IMG/VR virus record: IMGVR_UViG_3300027151_000002
Location: 42,735 to 106,734 of that record
Source: a virus
DNA: 64,000 nucleotides
Direction: 5' to 3' (one strand)
Positions 38,414-48,703 of the stretch are shown in pieces. The position numbers were made by a program, and so were the translations under genes. Within the stretch, counting starts at the first letter, position 1, and every line of letters starts with the position of its first letter. The notes beneath the pieces were generated by a model. That model ran no database searches. It saw only the letters and a program-made list of their open reading frames with translations, and was not told where the DNA came from.

Positions 38414-38863
38414 CTACAACCCGCCGATGCCGTCTAGGCGTCGCCACTGCTCAGCAAAGAAGCGATCTAGCGGTTGCTTCTCTAGGGCTGGCTTGATCCA
38501 GTTGCGGCCTGGTACCAGTGTGCCCTTGCTGGTGGTGTAGCCCGTCAAGATGAGGCCGGCATACATGAATCCGTCTTTGCTCTTGGGTTCCCATGTGAAG
38601 CGCAGCTGCGTTGCACTGGGGCGATCACGACGTTGAGAGCGCAGCAGACCGCCGAGGTCCACGATGTCGCGTGGGCTGCTGACGGTTTGCCCATTGCGGC
38701 GTTTGGTGGCACGCGGCCAACCGAACTGCGGCGTTTGGATCTCTTCCTTGAGCTGATCACCCAAGACCTTCCCGTAGGTGGTCAGGATCTGCGGCACGCG
38801 CAGCTTGAGCTGATTGGCATTCCAGCCGGTCAGCTTGAAGTTGGCCTTGACCTGAACTGGCAT
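38414..38863 (-). CDS. Tail completion protein (HK97 gp10-like)
   Basis: Basic; RDIVDLGGLLRS...PGRNWIKPAL. Confidence 0.6.
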   Translation of the reverse strand: MPVQVKANFKLTGWNANQLKLRVPQILTTYGKVLGDQLKEEIQTPQFGWPRATKRRNGQTVSSPRDIVDLGGLLRSQRRDRPSATQLRFTWEPKSKDGFMYAGLILTGYTTSKGTLVPGRNWIKPALEKQPLDRFFAEQWRRLDGIGGL

Positions 38864-39258
38864 CAGCCCTGCACGTAGCGGGCCAGCCGGATCTTGTCGC
38901 CAATGACCTGCTGCACGGTGCTGCCAATCAGACCGGTGGTGCCGTAGGGGTAGCGGCTGTTGATCACTTCGCAGTCGATGCTGCCTTGACCGGCGAAGTT
39001 CAGAGTGCCGACCACTCCGGGCTTGATGCGTGCATCCAGTGCTTGCGGGCTGACCGCATAGCCCTCGTAGGTCTCAACTTCAGTGTCAACGCCAGGAAAG
39101 TCCGAGGCCCTGGTGCTGCCTTGACGCAGGTACAAGCTGACCGTGACTGTTTCCGTGGCCGGCACAACGTTGCCGGTGACGGGATCAGTGACTGTGCCAA
39201 CGGTTGGAACCGTGAAGATTGCAGTGGCGTTGGCCAGTGCAGCGAGAGCGCTAGTCAT
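38863..39258 (-). CDS. Head-closure-like protein
   Basis: 131 aa; DPVTGN motif; coupled to the gp10-like gene. Confidence 0.5.
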   Translation of the reverse strand: MTSALAALANATAIFTVPTVGTVTDPVTGNVVPATETVTVSLYLRQGSTRASDFPGVDTEVETYEGYAVSPQALDARIKPGVVGTLNFAGQGSIDCEVINSRYPYGTTGLIGSTVQQVIGDKIRLARYVQG

Positions 39259-39309
39259 GGCCTAGGTTCCCGCAATCAGCGGCAACTTAAGAGCACATGA
39301 AGGCGTGTT

Positions 39310-41535
39310 GTGGCGGAGAGTCTGGGCTCAGCTGTCTTAACAGTCAGCGTTGATGATGCCCAGCTCAAAGCAGGCCTGCAAGCTGCAGAACGTCAAGCAA
39401 CAGCGACTGGCCGCGCAGTAGAAAAAGCCTTCACACCGTCCGGCAAGTCGGTGCAGACTGCTGCCAACGGTCTGCAGTATTTCATTGATACGCAGGGTCG
39501 TGCCCGTGATACGGCTGGTAAGTTTCTGACCGTTGCACAGCAGCAGGCGGCTGGGATTGAAAACGTCGGCAAAAGTGCAAAGCGGGCAAGCTTTGACATC
39601 AGCGGCCTAGGTGATGCGTTAGCTGCGATTGGTATTGGTGCTGCCGCTGCTGGGTTTCTGCGTGGCTCCGTTAATGCTGCTGTAGAACTTGAAAGTATTA
39701 GCAAGAAACTCAGCAATACGCTCGGTGAGCAAGGTGCTGGGCAGGCACTCAGTTTTACCAAGGGCTTGGCTGATCAGCTGGGCCTCAGCTTCAAAACGCT
39801 GGCCGGTAGTTTTGGCAGCTTTACAGCCGCAGCCTCGGCGGCCAATGTTCCGCTTGACCAGCAGAAAGAGCTGTTCGCTGCTGTCGCTAAGGCGGCGCAG
39901 GCTCTTGGTCTGAGCAACGATGAAATCAATGGCTCACTGCTGGCCCTGCAGCAGGTTGCAGCCAAAGGCACCGTGCAGATGGAAGAACTGCGCGGTCAGC
40001 TTGGTGAGCGCTTGCCGATTGCTTTTGGTGCTACTGCCAAAGGGCTTGGCATCACACAGCAAGAGCTAATTAAGCTCGTGGAGTCTGGAAGGCTCACAGC
40101 ATCTGAGTTTTTCCCTGCTCTGACCAAAGGCCTTAATGAGCTGACAGCAGGTGCTGGTGGTTCGGCAACTGCAGCTCAGAACTTCCAAAAGCTGGCTAAT
40201 GCTTTTGACGAGCTGCAGACATCCTTTGGAAAGACTTTGCTGCCAACCATTACCGAGCAGGTCAAGAACCTGACCGGTGCGTTGAGTGGGTTGCAGATTG
40301 GAATTGATGCCAACAAGCTTGGCCTTGGTGGCCTCTTTGGCAACCTTGGCCTAGTTCCAGATGCAGGCATTGAGGCCGTTGCATCGGTGCGGCAACTTGC
40401 TGAGCAGTATCAGCTGACCGCTGAGCAGGCACGGGCTCTGTTCTTTGATGCGGCCAAGCTTGAAGGTCTAACACTTACCAGCACAGGCTTTCTCCCCGAC
40501 GCTAAAGGTTTGGAGCGAGCGCTAGAGCGCTTGCCGCAACTAGCCGAAGAATTCAGGGCCAAAAATAAGGATGCAGTCACAGAGCTGAAAGCACAAGCGG
40601 CAGAGGCTGCTCGTGTTGCTGCAGAGCAGAAAAAAGGACGTGACAGCGTTGAAAACATTCAAGAAGCCATTAAGGCTTTGTCTTCAGAGCAGAAGGCATT
40701 GGCGGTTGATAGTCAGCGCTATGCAGACATCTCGCAAGAGATCGTCAACAAGCAAACGCGACTCAATGAGCTGAAGAAGACCGAGGGCCAGCGTTTTGCC
40801 GAAAGTATTGCTGCTGCAAATCAGCTTCGTAGTATTCAAGAGGAGATCGCCATCCAACAGCAGCGCGGCAGCTTGACTGGTACTGGCATTGGCGCGTTAC
40901 AAGCTGTCAAAGCGCTGGAGGATGCCAAACGAGCTGAGCAAGAAGCCCAGGCTGCTCTTGGTGCTGATCCTGGTAACTCCAGCCTCTTCAACGCCTCGCA
41001 GCAGGCAGCAGCCAATGTTCAGCTGGCTGCAGCTAAGACCAAGGCCGACCTTGAAGACGCTTTTAGGTCCGCACAAGATGCGGTGCGCAGCATCAGCCGC
41101 AGCATTGAGGATTCCGTCACTGCCCTGAACGCCGCACGCGGTAGCGCTGAGGGCATCAATAAGTTCATCAATCCCCAGCAAGCCCGTGAGCGGCAACAGG
41201 CTGCCAACGTGACCTTGCTGCGTGAAGCAAGCGATCTGGCTAAGCAGCTTGGCGTCACTGCCACCTTCCGGGGTGGGCTGACGCAGCGCAACAGCCAGCT
41301 CAACGAGTTCATCACAGCTGCACGGCAAGAGCTGCGTGCTCCTGAGGACATTGCACGCTCCAACTTGGATTTAGCGCGTGCTCAGAACGATCTCGCCACC
41401 GTCAACGAGTCCCTAGTCAATGTGACTACTCAGCTGGCGGAAGCGACCGCAAACCTAGCGAGTAAGGACTGGAACGTTTACGTGAACGCTCCGGCCACTG
41501 CTGATCTGCCCCGTGGCGTGGAGGTTTACCAATGA
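39310..41535 (+). CDS. Tape measure protein
   Basis: Ala-rich helical; ALQQVAAKGTVQMEELRGQLGERLP tape-measure domain. Confidence 0.88.
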   Translation: MAESLGSAVLTVSVDDAQLKAGLQAAERQATATGRAVEKAFTPSGKSVQTAANGLQYFIDTQGRARDTAGKFLTVAQQQAAGIENVGKSAKRASFDISGLGDALAAIGIGAAAAGFLRGSVNAAVELESISKKLSNTLGEQGAGQALSFTKGLADQLGLSFKTLAGSFGSFTAAASAANVPLDQQKELFAAVAKAAQALGLSNDEINGSLLALQQVAAKGTVQMEELRGQLGERLPIAFGATAKGLGITQQELIKLVESGRLTASEFFPALTKGLNELTAGAGGSATAAQNFQKLANAFDELQTSFGKTLLPTITEQVKNLTGALSGLQIGIDANKLGLGGLFGNLGLVPDAGIEAVASVRQLAEQYQLTAEQARALFFDAAKLEGLTLTSTGFLPDAKGLERALERLPQLAEEFRAKNKDAVTELKAQAAEAARVAAEQKKGRDSVENIQEAIKALSSEQKALAVDSQRYADISQEIVNKQTRLNELKKTEGQRFAESIAAANQLRSIQEEIAIQQQRGSLTGTGIGALQAVKALEDAKRAEQEAQAALGADPGNSSLFNASQQAAANVQLAAAKTKADLEDAFRSAQDAVRSISRSIEDSVTALNAARGSAEGINKFINPQQARERQQAANVTLLREASDLAKQLGVTATFRGGLTQRNSQLNEFITAARQELRAPEDIARSNLDLARAQNDLATVNESLVNVTTQLAEATANLASKDWNVYVNAPATADLPRGVEVYQ

Positions 41536-42257
41536 GCGTCACCATCGGCGCGTTCAGCACCAGCAAGCTGATCGCCCAGCCCTTTGGCTACGACGAGACC
41601 AACACCCGCGACGGCCTCACCGCCCGCAAGTGGACCGTCAGAGGTCTGCTGAGCGTCTACAACACCTGGCGCGACGCACGCCTCACCGATGCCGACACGT
41701 TGAGCAGCGGCACGATTGGCACCACCGTCAGCCTGACCGCCAGCGCCAACGGCATCACCTGGAGCGGCATCGCCTGCTGGTTCAACAGCGCCCCCAGCGG
41801 TGATCAAGCCGGCCCTTACATCCAAGCCACCTGCGAGCTGGTGGATGCCGCCCAAGCCCTGGCGGTGCTGCTGCGGCAGGAAGAGAAGAATCGTCAGCGC
41901 AGCGAAGCGCTTGCCAATCCCAACCTCGGCACGGTGACGCTCGGCTCCGCCACGTTGACCCTGCTGGCGCCGATGGAAACCTACCAAGACACACCACAGC
42001 TGCAGCTCACCGCTAGTGGCACTCATGTGATTAACGGTGCCTTGAGCGCTACCCGTGTGCGTCGCATCCGTGGCACCACCGACAGCAGTGGTTGGAGTGC
42101 CGTGCGCAGTTGGTACGAAACCAGCGTGGCCTCCGTGCCCAGTGTGGGCGCCTGGTATCCGATCTCAGCACCCACAGCAGAAGCCGAGGTGATCATCAGC
42201 GGCGGCGCCAAGAGCACCCGCTACACGATCACCGTTGACGCTGCGGAGGTGAAGTAG
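41532..42257 (+). CDS. Distal tail-like protein
   Basis: Directly after the TMP; beta-rich. Confidence 0.5.
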   Translation: MSVTIGAFSTSKLIAQPFGYDETNTRDGLTARKWTVRGLLSVYNTWRDARLTDADTLSSGTIGTTVSLTASANGITWSGIACWFNSAPSGDQAGPYIQATCELVDAAQALAVLLRQEEKNRQRSEALANPNLGTVTLGSATLTLLAPMETYQDTPQLQLTASGTHVINGALSATRVRRIRGTTDSSGWSAVRSWYETSVASVPSVGAWYPISAPTAEAEVIISGGAKSTRYTITVDAAEVK

Positions 42258-45200
42258 ATGCCCATCGACATTCGCGCCGAAGTCAGCTGCAGCCTTGGCA
42301 CCGTCATCAGCGGCAGCTTTGCCGACGACTACCTGCAGGGCAACGGCCTAATCAAGACCCGTGGCGAGGTGGTGCTGGACGGCACCCAAACGCCTGAGGT
42401 CGGCACTGAGGTCACCTTCACCTACGCCAAGGCAGGCGACACCTACACAGTGCCGCGTGTGCTGCGGGTGCTGAGCAGCTTTGCCGATCCATTCCGCCGC
42501 ACCACCACGGTGCAGCTGGGATGCAAGCTGACCTACCTAGAAAACCGCAAGCCGCCGGTTGAGAACCCAAGCAGCAAAGACGAGAACGCCGAAGTGCCCT
42601 GCAAGGTGTTCCTGAAGGCGACGCTGCCGATCACGGCCGAGTACGTGTTCCAGCAGTGCCTTGATGCGCTGCAGCTTGACGCCGCAAGCATCCCCCTCAC
42701 CAACAAGTTCTCGGTTGAGGAGTTCGACCTGACGCCTGGCTACATCCAGGTGATGAGCGACCTGCTGCAAAGCGAGGGCTACGCGGGCTACCTCGACAGC
42801 GAGGAAACGCTGCAGTTCTTGGACCTGACCGAAGAGGCCAGCACCGGCCCTGTAATCACTCCGGCCGATGTGGTGGACCTCGGCCCGATTGGCAGCGGTG
42901 AACTGCCAGGCGAGAGCGTGGTGGTGCGCTGGAGCAACCTGCGCCTGCTGCCTCCTGATGAGCTGTACGGCGACGAATACCTCAAGCGCAGCTGGGAGAT
43001 TGAGGAAGTCTTCGGCGCACCGTCTGAGGTCACGGTCAGCTACACAACTGATGAAGGCAACACAGTCAGCGACAGCGACGTTTTCTACCCGTACAGCTTT
43101 GCTGCCACTCGCTACGACGTGTGGGACCGCAAGATCGAGTCAATTTCCTACAACCTAGTTTCTTCAGCGGAGACAAACAACCGCTGGGCTAGTGATGCGT
43201 TCCGCAAGGGGCGTTTGTGGAACTTGCCCACCGCCCGCCTGACGCGAGAGGTTGTTGAGTACGAGAAGGCGGCTGCCGCAGCCAACAACGCCAACCTGAT
43301 GTCTGTGCAGCAGGTCGGTGGCGGCGTTAACGACATCAAGGCACAACTCGGCAGCGCAGCCGAAGCCCACACCGGCTTGGCCAATCTCTGCAAAAAAGAG
43401 GTGCCCGAGGGTGCTGATGTTGTCAAATCTCAGACGACATACAACTACTTCTCCGAGCTGGAGCTAGCGGGCAGCCTCAATATTGACACCTACATCAGCA
43501 ACAGCGGTTCGCTGGTGGAGTTTGACACCATCGCAGCCGAACTGGATTCCTTCGTGGTCGTCGAATACGAGACGGACACCAGCTCTGGCATCTCCAAGAC
43601 GATCACCAAGCGCTCGGTCTCGCGCTCGCAAACCGTGTCCGGTCAACAGGACTTAGCGACCCGCGCTCAGGAGCTTGACACTGCGAACCTGAGCAACAGC
43701 ATCAGCTCGCTGCTGGGCCTTGCTCGCCGCCAGGTGTATGTCGGTGCCGAGACCAGCCTGCACACGCAGCGTGAGTACGGCCTGCAGAAGCGGCCCAGCG
43801 AAGCGGAGCGCAATAACACCGCCAACAGCAAGCCGCAGATCAGCGAATCCAAAGCCGAAATCACCTGGATCGTTGGTAGCCCCACCAGCACAGCGGTGAC
43901 CGAGTTCACGCTGCCCTATGCGCCAGACGATGCGATCAGCTGGAACGAGACCACAGGTGAGTTCAGCAGCGAACCCAGCGATGCTGATCAGAAGGCAATG
44001 CGTTACGGCCGTGTGCAGAACGCGCTGCTGCTGGGCAACCGCAACGGCGTCAGTCTGCAGCTGGCCCCAGATCAACTGCCCAAGCGCCCCTTTGATCCGC
44101 TGTACCTGCAGGCCGGCGGCATCACCGGTGCCTACCGCGTCAACGGCACCAGCTGGGCCTTTGATGCCAACGGCATCGTGGCCTCCACCGATGCGCTGCT
44201 GTGGGGTGCGGTGAGTGCAGCCAGCGGCACCAACCTCGCCAGCAGCTGGGTTCCGTTAGTGCCTGGCACCACCAGCCTGCCGTTGCCTTACACGCCATCA
44301 CCCGGCGGCACTGACTCAGAAACCGGTGTGACCCATTCCGCTGTGATTACACCTGCTGTGGTGCTGGCGCCATACCTGGAGAGCGTCAAGGTTGAGGGCA
44401 TTAGCCGCAGCACCGTTGCGCTGACGGACTACCCGTACACCCTGGACCGTGGCACCGAGACACAGGTGGCCGTCACCAAGACAAAGCTGGTAGTGGGCAG
44501 CAAGGTGGTGGCCGACACTGCTGCGTTCACTCTCAGCGGTCAATCAGCTGGCTTTGGCTATGCCCGCAAGCTGATCGGCGGCGAAGGCAGTTTTGCTGCT
44601 ACGGGCTTTAGTGCTGGCAGCGTGCGCAGCTACGGCATTGGCACCAACGCTGGCACCTTCACGTTGAGCGGCCAAGACGTTGTACTGAAGCGCGTGTTGA
44701 CCCCGCTAACAGCTGAGCCTGGCAGCTTCGTGCTCGCCGGTCAAGACGCTACATCTAGCGGTGCTACCACGTTGAGCGCAGCTGCTGGCACTTACAGCTT
44801 CAGTGGCGAGGCAGCCAACAGCATTCGCGGCTACCGACTTGCTGGCGATACCGGTACATACGGAGCAACTGGCCAATCGGCAAATCTCGGTTTGTCAGAT
44901 CCGAACTTCAGCAGCGTGGTGTTGTTGTTGCATATGGACGGAACGAACGGCAGCACCACATTTATCGACAACAGCTCCAATGCCTTTACAGTTACAGCAT
45001 TGGCTGACGCCAAGATCAGCACAACACAAAGCAGGTTTGGTGGTGCCAGCGCAGCCTTTGATGGCACGGGCGATGCCTTGAGTCTGGCTGACAGCGAAGC
45101 GTGGAACTTAGGTGGCGGTAGCTTTACGATTGAATGCTGGCTTTACACAACTTCTACGGCGGCAAGCTTTGGCATTGCCTCTCAGCGAGGTACAGCCACG

Positions 45201-45590
45201 AGCAACCATGCTTGGAGCTTCTTGTGGTCTTTTGCTTCTGCGGCGATGCAGTTCCGTTATACAGCAACTGGCACCGCTGAGATTGCCCGAAACTGGCCGT
45301 GGACGCCTTCTGTCAATACTTGGTACCACGTTGCGGTCAGCCGCAATTCCCCGACAAACGAATGGCGCTTCTTTGTTGATGGCGTTCAAGTGGGCACGCC
45401 TCAAATCAACTCAAACACAATTTTCAATGCGGCAAAACCATTGCTGATTGGGGCTGTAAACAACAGCACCACAACGACTTCGCCAAGCTCAGTGCTTAAC
45501 GGCTACATCGACGACTTCCGCTTAACGAAAGGCGTAGCTCGTTACACAGCCAATTTCACACCACCTGCTGCAGCATTCCCAGACTTCTGA
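42258..45590 (+). CDS. Tail hub/tip protein with C-terminal LamG-like domain
   Basis: 1110 aa; LLLHMDG...FTIECW...WYHVAV...GYIDDFRLTKGVARY. Confidence 0.75.
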   Translation: MPIDIRAEVSCSLGTVISGSFADDYLQGNGLIKTRGEVVLDGTQTPEVGTEVTFTYAKAGDTYTVPRVLRVLSSFADPFRRTTTVQLGCKLTYLENRKPPVENPSSKDENAEVPCKVFLKATLPITAEYVFQQCLDALQLDAASIPLTNKFSVEEFDLTPGYIQVMSDLLQSEGYAGYLDSEETLQFLDLTEEASTGPVITPADVVDLGPIGSGELPGESVVVRWSNLRLLPPDELYGDEYLKRSWEIEEVFGAPSEVTVSYTTDEGNTVSDSDVFYPYSFAATRYDVWDRKIESISYNLVSSAETNNRWASDAFRKGRLWNLPTARLTREVVEYEKAAAAANNANLMSVQQVGGGVNDIKAQLGSAAEAHTGLANLCKKEVPEGADVVKSQTTYNYFSELELAGSLNIDTYISNSGSLVEFDTIAAELDSFVVVEYETDTSSGISKTITKRSVSRSQTVSGQQDLATRAQELDTANLSNSISSLLGLARRQVYVGAETSLHTQREYGLQKRPSEAERNNTANSKPQISESKAEITWIVGSPTSTAVTEFTLPYAPDDAISWNETTGEFSSEPSDADQKAMRYGRVQNALLLGNRNGVSLQLAPDQLPKRPFDPLYLQAGGITGAYRVNGTSWAFDANGIVASTDALLWGAVSAASGTNLASSWVPLVPGTTSLPLPYTPSPGGTDSETGVTHSAVITPAVVLAPYLESVKVEGISRSTVALTDYPYTLDRGTETQVAVTKTKLVVGSKVVADTAAFTLSGQSAGFGYARKLIGGEGSFAATGFSAGSVRSYGIGTNAGTFTLSGQDVVLKRVLTPLTAEPGSFVLAGQDATSSGATTLSAAAGTYSFSGEAANSIRGYRLAGDTGTYGATGQSANLGLSDPNFSSVVLLLHMDGTNGSTTFIDNSSNAFTVTALADAKISTTQSRFGGASAAFDGTGDALSLADSEAWNLGGGSFTIECWLYTTSTAASFGIASQRGTATSNHAWSFLWSFASAAMQFRYTATGTAEIARNWPWTPSVNTWYHVAVSRNSPTNEWRFFVDGVQVGTPQINSNTIFNAAKPLLIGAVNNSTTTTSPSSVLNGYIDDFRLTKGVARYTANFTPPAAAFPDF

Positions 45591-45620
45591 TCGGCAACCT
45601 AGTCCCAAAGCCCTGCGTTC

Positions 45621-46043
45621 ATGGCTGCGTTCAATAAGTTCAACAGCTTCGTGGAGGCGTTGGCCGAGAAAAAGCATGACCTTGGCGCAGACACGCTGAA
45701 GGTGATGCTCACCAACGCCGCCCCTGTGGCCACCAACGCGGTGAAGGCTGACCTGACGGAGATCAGCGCCGGCAACGGCTACACCGCTGGTGGCAACACC
45801 GCATCGGTGACGAGTTCGGCCCAGACCTCTGGCACCTACAAGCTGGTTTTGGGTGACCCGGCCACTTGGACTGCTAGCGGCGGCAGCATTGGCCCGTTCC
45901 GCTATGCCGTCCTCTACAACGACACCGCAGCCAGTGATGAGTTGATCGGCTGGTGGGATTACGGCAGCAGCATCACCCTTGCTGCAGGCGAATCGTTCGC
46001 CGTTGACTTTGATCCGACCACCGGCGTCCTGACCTTGGCCTGA
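45621..46043 (+). CDS. Tail structural protein
   Basis: DTLKVML...GYTAGG...FRYAVLYND. Confidence 0.65.
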   Translation: MAAFNKFNSFVEALAEKKHDLGADTLKVMLTNAAPVATNAVKADLTEISAGNGYTAGGNTASVTSSAQTSGTYKLVLGDPATWTASGGSIGPFRYAVLYNDTAASDELIGWWDYGSSITLAAGESFAVDFDPTTGVLTLA

Positions 46044-46447
46044 TGGCACTCACCCTCTCGATTAGCCAATACGAGCTGCAGCGCCAAGCCGCCTTGGCGT
46101 TTGAGGGCAAGGCGTATGAGGTGTTTCTGGCCACCAACAGCGGCAGCCTCACCAGCAACTCCACCTACACCGCATGGCAGGCGGTGGAAGTCGCTAGCGC
46201 AAACGGCTACGCCCCAGTGACCGGCACCATCGGCACCGGATCGTGGAGCGCGGGCAATGCTCGCTATGAACTGCCGTCTATCACCGCCACCTTCACCAGT
46301 AGCGGCAGCGGCTTCAGCTACGACACGATCTGCGTGCGTATCGGCACGGAGACCTACCTGCACAGCACCATTGCTGAATCGCCCAGCATCACTCTGGCCG
46401 CCGGGCAGTCCAAGTCCTACGTGATCACTTTGGTGCAGGACGACTGA
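46043..46447 (+). CDS. Tail structural protein
   Basis: Similar pattern to the previous gene (E...NGY, ITLAAG.S). Confidence 0.6.
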   Translation: MALTLSISQYELQRQAALAFEGKAYEVFLATNSGSLTSNSTYTAWQAVEVASANGYAPVTGTIGTGSWSAGNARYELPSITATFTSSGSGFSYDTICVRIGTETYLHSTIAESPSITLAAGQSKSYVITLVQDD

Positions 46448-46450
46448 TCC

Positions 46451-47983
46451 ATGAGCACCTACATCACGGTCGCCAGCGGCACCGGCGCTCTGGTGAACCG
46501 CGTGAAGCAGGTGCAGCAAGCCAACCGCGAGGCGCAACTGCAGCGTGAGAGCGACGCTGCGCTGCAGGCGCAAGTCACTGAGGATGCGAAAGCGCAAGCC
46601 GCGCAGACCGAGCGCCCGGTCGGCGGCAACCCAGATACCAGCATTGAACGCCGCCCTGCTGCGCAGCGGGAGCTGGGCAGCGTCATGGGCGTGGAGTACA
46701 CCACGACGGTGATTCCCAACGTCCCGCAACCCACGTTCCGTTTGACTGTCGGGCCACCAGGACAGCAGCAGACGGCACAGGCCGAAACGCTTGGCCCCAG
46801 CGGGGCAGCAGCCACCAATCAGCCCGCAGCGACTGACACCAGTAGCGGACAAGATTCGGTGCTTGGGTTCTTGATTCTGCACGACCCTCCCAACTTCTTT
46901 GGCAACGACTGGACTACGGAATACCCCTGCGGGTATTTCTTCCAGACGGGGAAAGGTGCAGCGCCTACAAGCTCTTGGGCAGAATCTAGAATCTCTAGAG
47001 TTGTCACACAGGACTACGACGACTCGGCGTACTACCTGCTGCCGATTGGAGAAGAGACGTGCATCTTTGTCTACGTCTACAGCAAGCTCAGAACCCTAAC
47101 GGTCTACGAGCGCCGGGACCGCACAGATCGCGTCTCCGTTAATCCACGCTTTACTGAGTTTGGCTGCGGCTTTCAGACAGGCACTTACTACGACCGAGAA
47201 AGCACGTTCCGCAGCGAGGACATCTTTAGCAACATTGAGGAACGCCAAGCGTATGCGGTGATGGCCTTTGTCGTCAGCCCTAAAGCGGTGCGGGTGTTGG
47301 AGGTGCCCCCTGAATTGGATGCACTGATGCGGCAGTTGCACCCGCCCATGGCGGTCAACGACACCGTAGAGGTGCTCGGCTCTTCCCAGTACACCCGTTA
47401 TGAGTTTGCGGATGTGCGAGGCCAAGTGGATCCGCAGAACTACAACGGACCGGTGACCTACGGCACAATCACAGTGCCGTACTTCAATGCAACGAAGCAC
47501 CGCGAAGGCTCACTGCACGGCAACTATGCCAGCGGCAACGACGTACTGGCTAAGCAGTTTGGCCTGGGTTATCTCAACACCGACACCCACGACGGTGACT
47601 TCTTCACCCCAGCGGTGTATCGCTTCATCCGGGCTGCGATGAACCTGAGCAGCGCCAGCACCCAGAGTTACGCCTATATGCGCAGCACCTTTTTTGGCAT
47701 TGCCCCCAAGAAGTACCTAGCCCCCTGCGCTGTTGCTGGAAGCTGCCCAGTTGACGGCAACGACGAGCCCACCACGGTGGTGTTTGACATTACCAAGACA
47801 GAGCCTGTGAATATCAGCACAGAGGTGTCTGCTGGTAGTTTCCAGCGCGGCCGCAAGTATCAGGTGCCGCTCAACGGTGCCGATCAGTATGACGTGGTGT
47901 ACGGCTGGGATTGGGATAACGCCAACTACTGCCGCCAGCAGCTGACCGCCTTGGGTTTCGCCCCTGCTGACCTCAAACCATGA
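46451..47983 (+). CDS. Virion protein of unknown function
   Basis: 510 aa in the tail operon. Confidence 0.55.
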   Translation: MSTYITVASGTGALVNRVKQVQQANREAQLQRESDAALQAQVTEDAKAQAAQTERPVGGNPDTSIERRPAAQRELGSVMGVEYTTTVIPNVPQPTFRLTVGPPGQQQTAQAETLGPSGAAATNQPAATDTSSGQDSVLGFLILHDPPNFFGNDWTTEYPCGYFFQTGKGAAPTSSWAESRISRVVTQDYDDSAYYLLPIGEETCIFVYVYSKLRTLTVYERRDRTDRVSVNPRFTEFGCGFQTGTYYDRESTFRSEDIFSNIEERQAYAVMAFVVSPKAVRVLEVPPELDALMRQLHPPMAVNDTVEVLGSSQYTRYEFADVRGQVDPQNYNGPVTYGTITVPYFNATKHREGSLHGNYASGNDVLAKQFGLGYLNTDTHDGDFFTPAVYRFIRAAMNLSSASTQSYAYMRSTFFGIAPKKYLAPCAVAGSCPVDGNDEPTTVVFDITKTEPVNISTEVSAGSFQRGRKYQVPLNGADQYDVVYGWDWDNANYCRQQLTALGFAPADLKP

Positions 47984-48105
47984 ACCAACCCACCAGCAAT
48001 CCGTTGCTTGCACGGATCAAACAAGTGCAAGCCGCTATTCGCCAAGTGCAGCTGCGCAAGGAGAAAGAGCAACGCCTCATCAATAGGGCATTAGCCTCTA
48101 AGTAA
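47980..48105 (+). CDS. 41-aa helical miniprotein
   Basis: ATGA overlap; LLARIKQVQAAIRQVQL matches the N-terminus of 46451 (LVNRVKQVQQANREAQL). Confidence 0.5.
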   Translation: MNQPTSNPLLARIKQVQAAIRQVQLRKEKEQRLINRALASK

Positions 48106-48118
48106 TCACCAAAAGCCT

Positions 48119-48703
48119 ATGCCCACGCTGCCCTTTGTTCAAGCACCCGAGACACCAACCTTGCGGCGTCTTGGCACACCCGCCAGCGGGATCCTTGAGA
48201 TGCCGGTGCTGGGCGGTCTGACGGTGGGTGAATCGGCCGTGGTGAGTGAACTGCTGGCAGCAGAGCAGAGCGCCTTCGTCAAAGGTGCGCAGATCGCAGA
48301 TGCGATTGCCAAGGCAGAAGAGATCAGCATCTCCGAGGCGTTCAGCATTATTGAAAGCGCCATCAGCGGTAAGGCGCTGGAGCCCGAGGCTGAAGCGATC
48401 CGCACCCGCCACGCCGAGCAGATTGAGCAGGTGGCACGGGTGTATGCCAGCGCTGGGCAGCGCAACATGGAGGCCACCGTCACAGCCCTTATTCGTTGCC
48501 GCTGCAACCTCAGCGACTGGCGCGTAGACGACACCCGCCAGATGCACCGCGCCCTGTTCAACGCGATCTGGGCCTTGGCGCAAGAGGAGCAGGAAGCTGA
48601 GGCGATGCCGAATGAACCGCCGACGGAGGAGGAATTGGGAAAGCCGCAGCCGGCGGATGGCGCCGGAGCGAAACGGACTGGGCGCAAATCTTCTACGACC
48701 TAG
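48119..48703 (+). CDS. Tail assembly chaperone (G-like)
   Basis: Acidic helical protein with GGGAAAG slippery site at EELGK. Confidence 0.7.
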   Translation: MPTLPFVQAPETPTLRRLGTPASGILEMPVLGGLTVGESAVVSELLAAEQSAFVKGAQIADAIAKAEEISISEAFSIIESAISGKALEPEAEAIRTRHAEQIEQVARVYASAGQRNMEATVTALIRCRCNLSDWRVDDTRQMHRALFNAIWALAQEEQEAEAMPNEPPTEEELGKPQPADGAGAKRTGRKSSTT

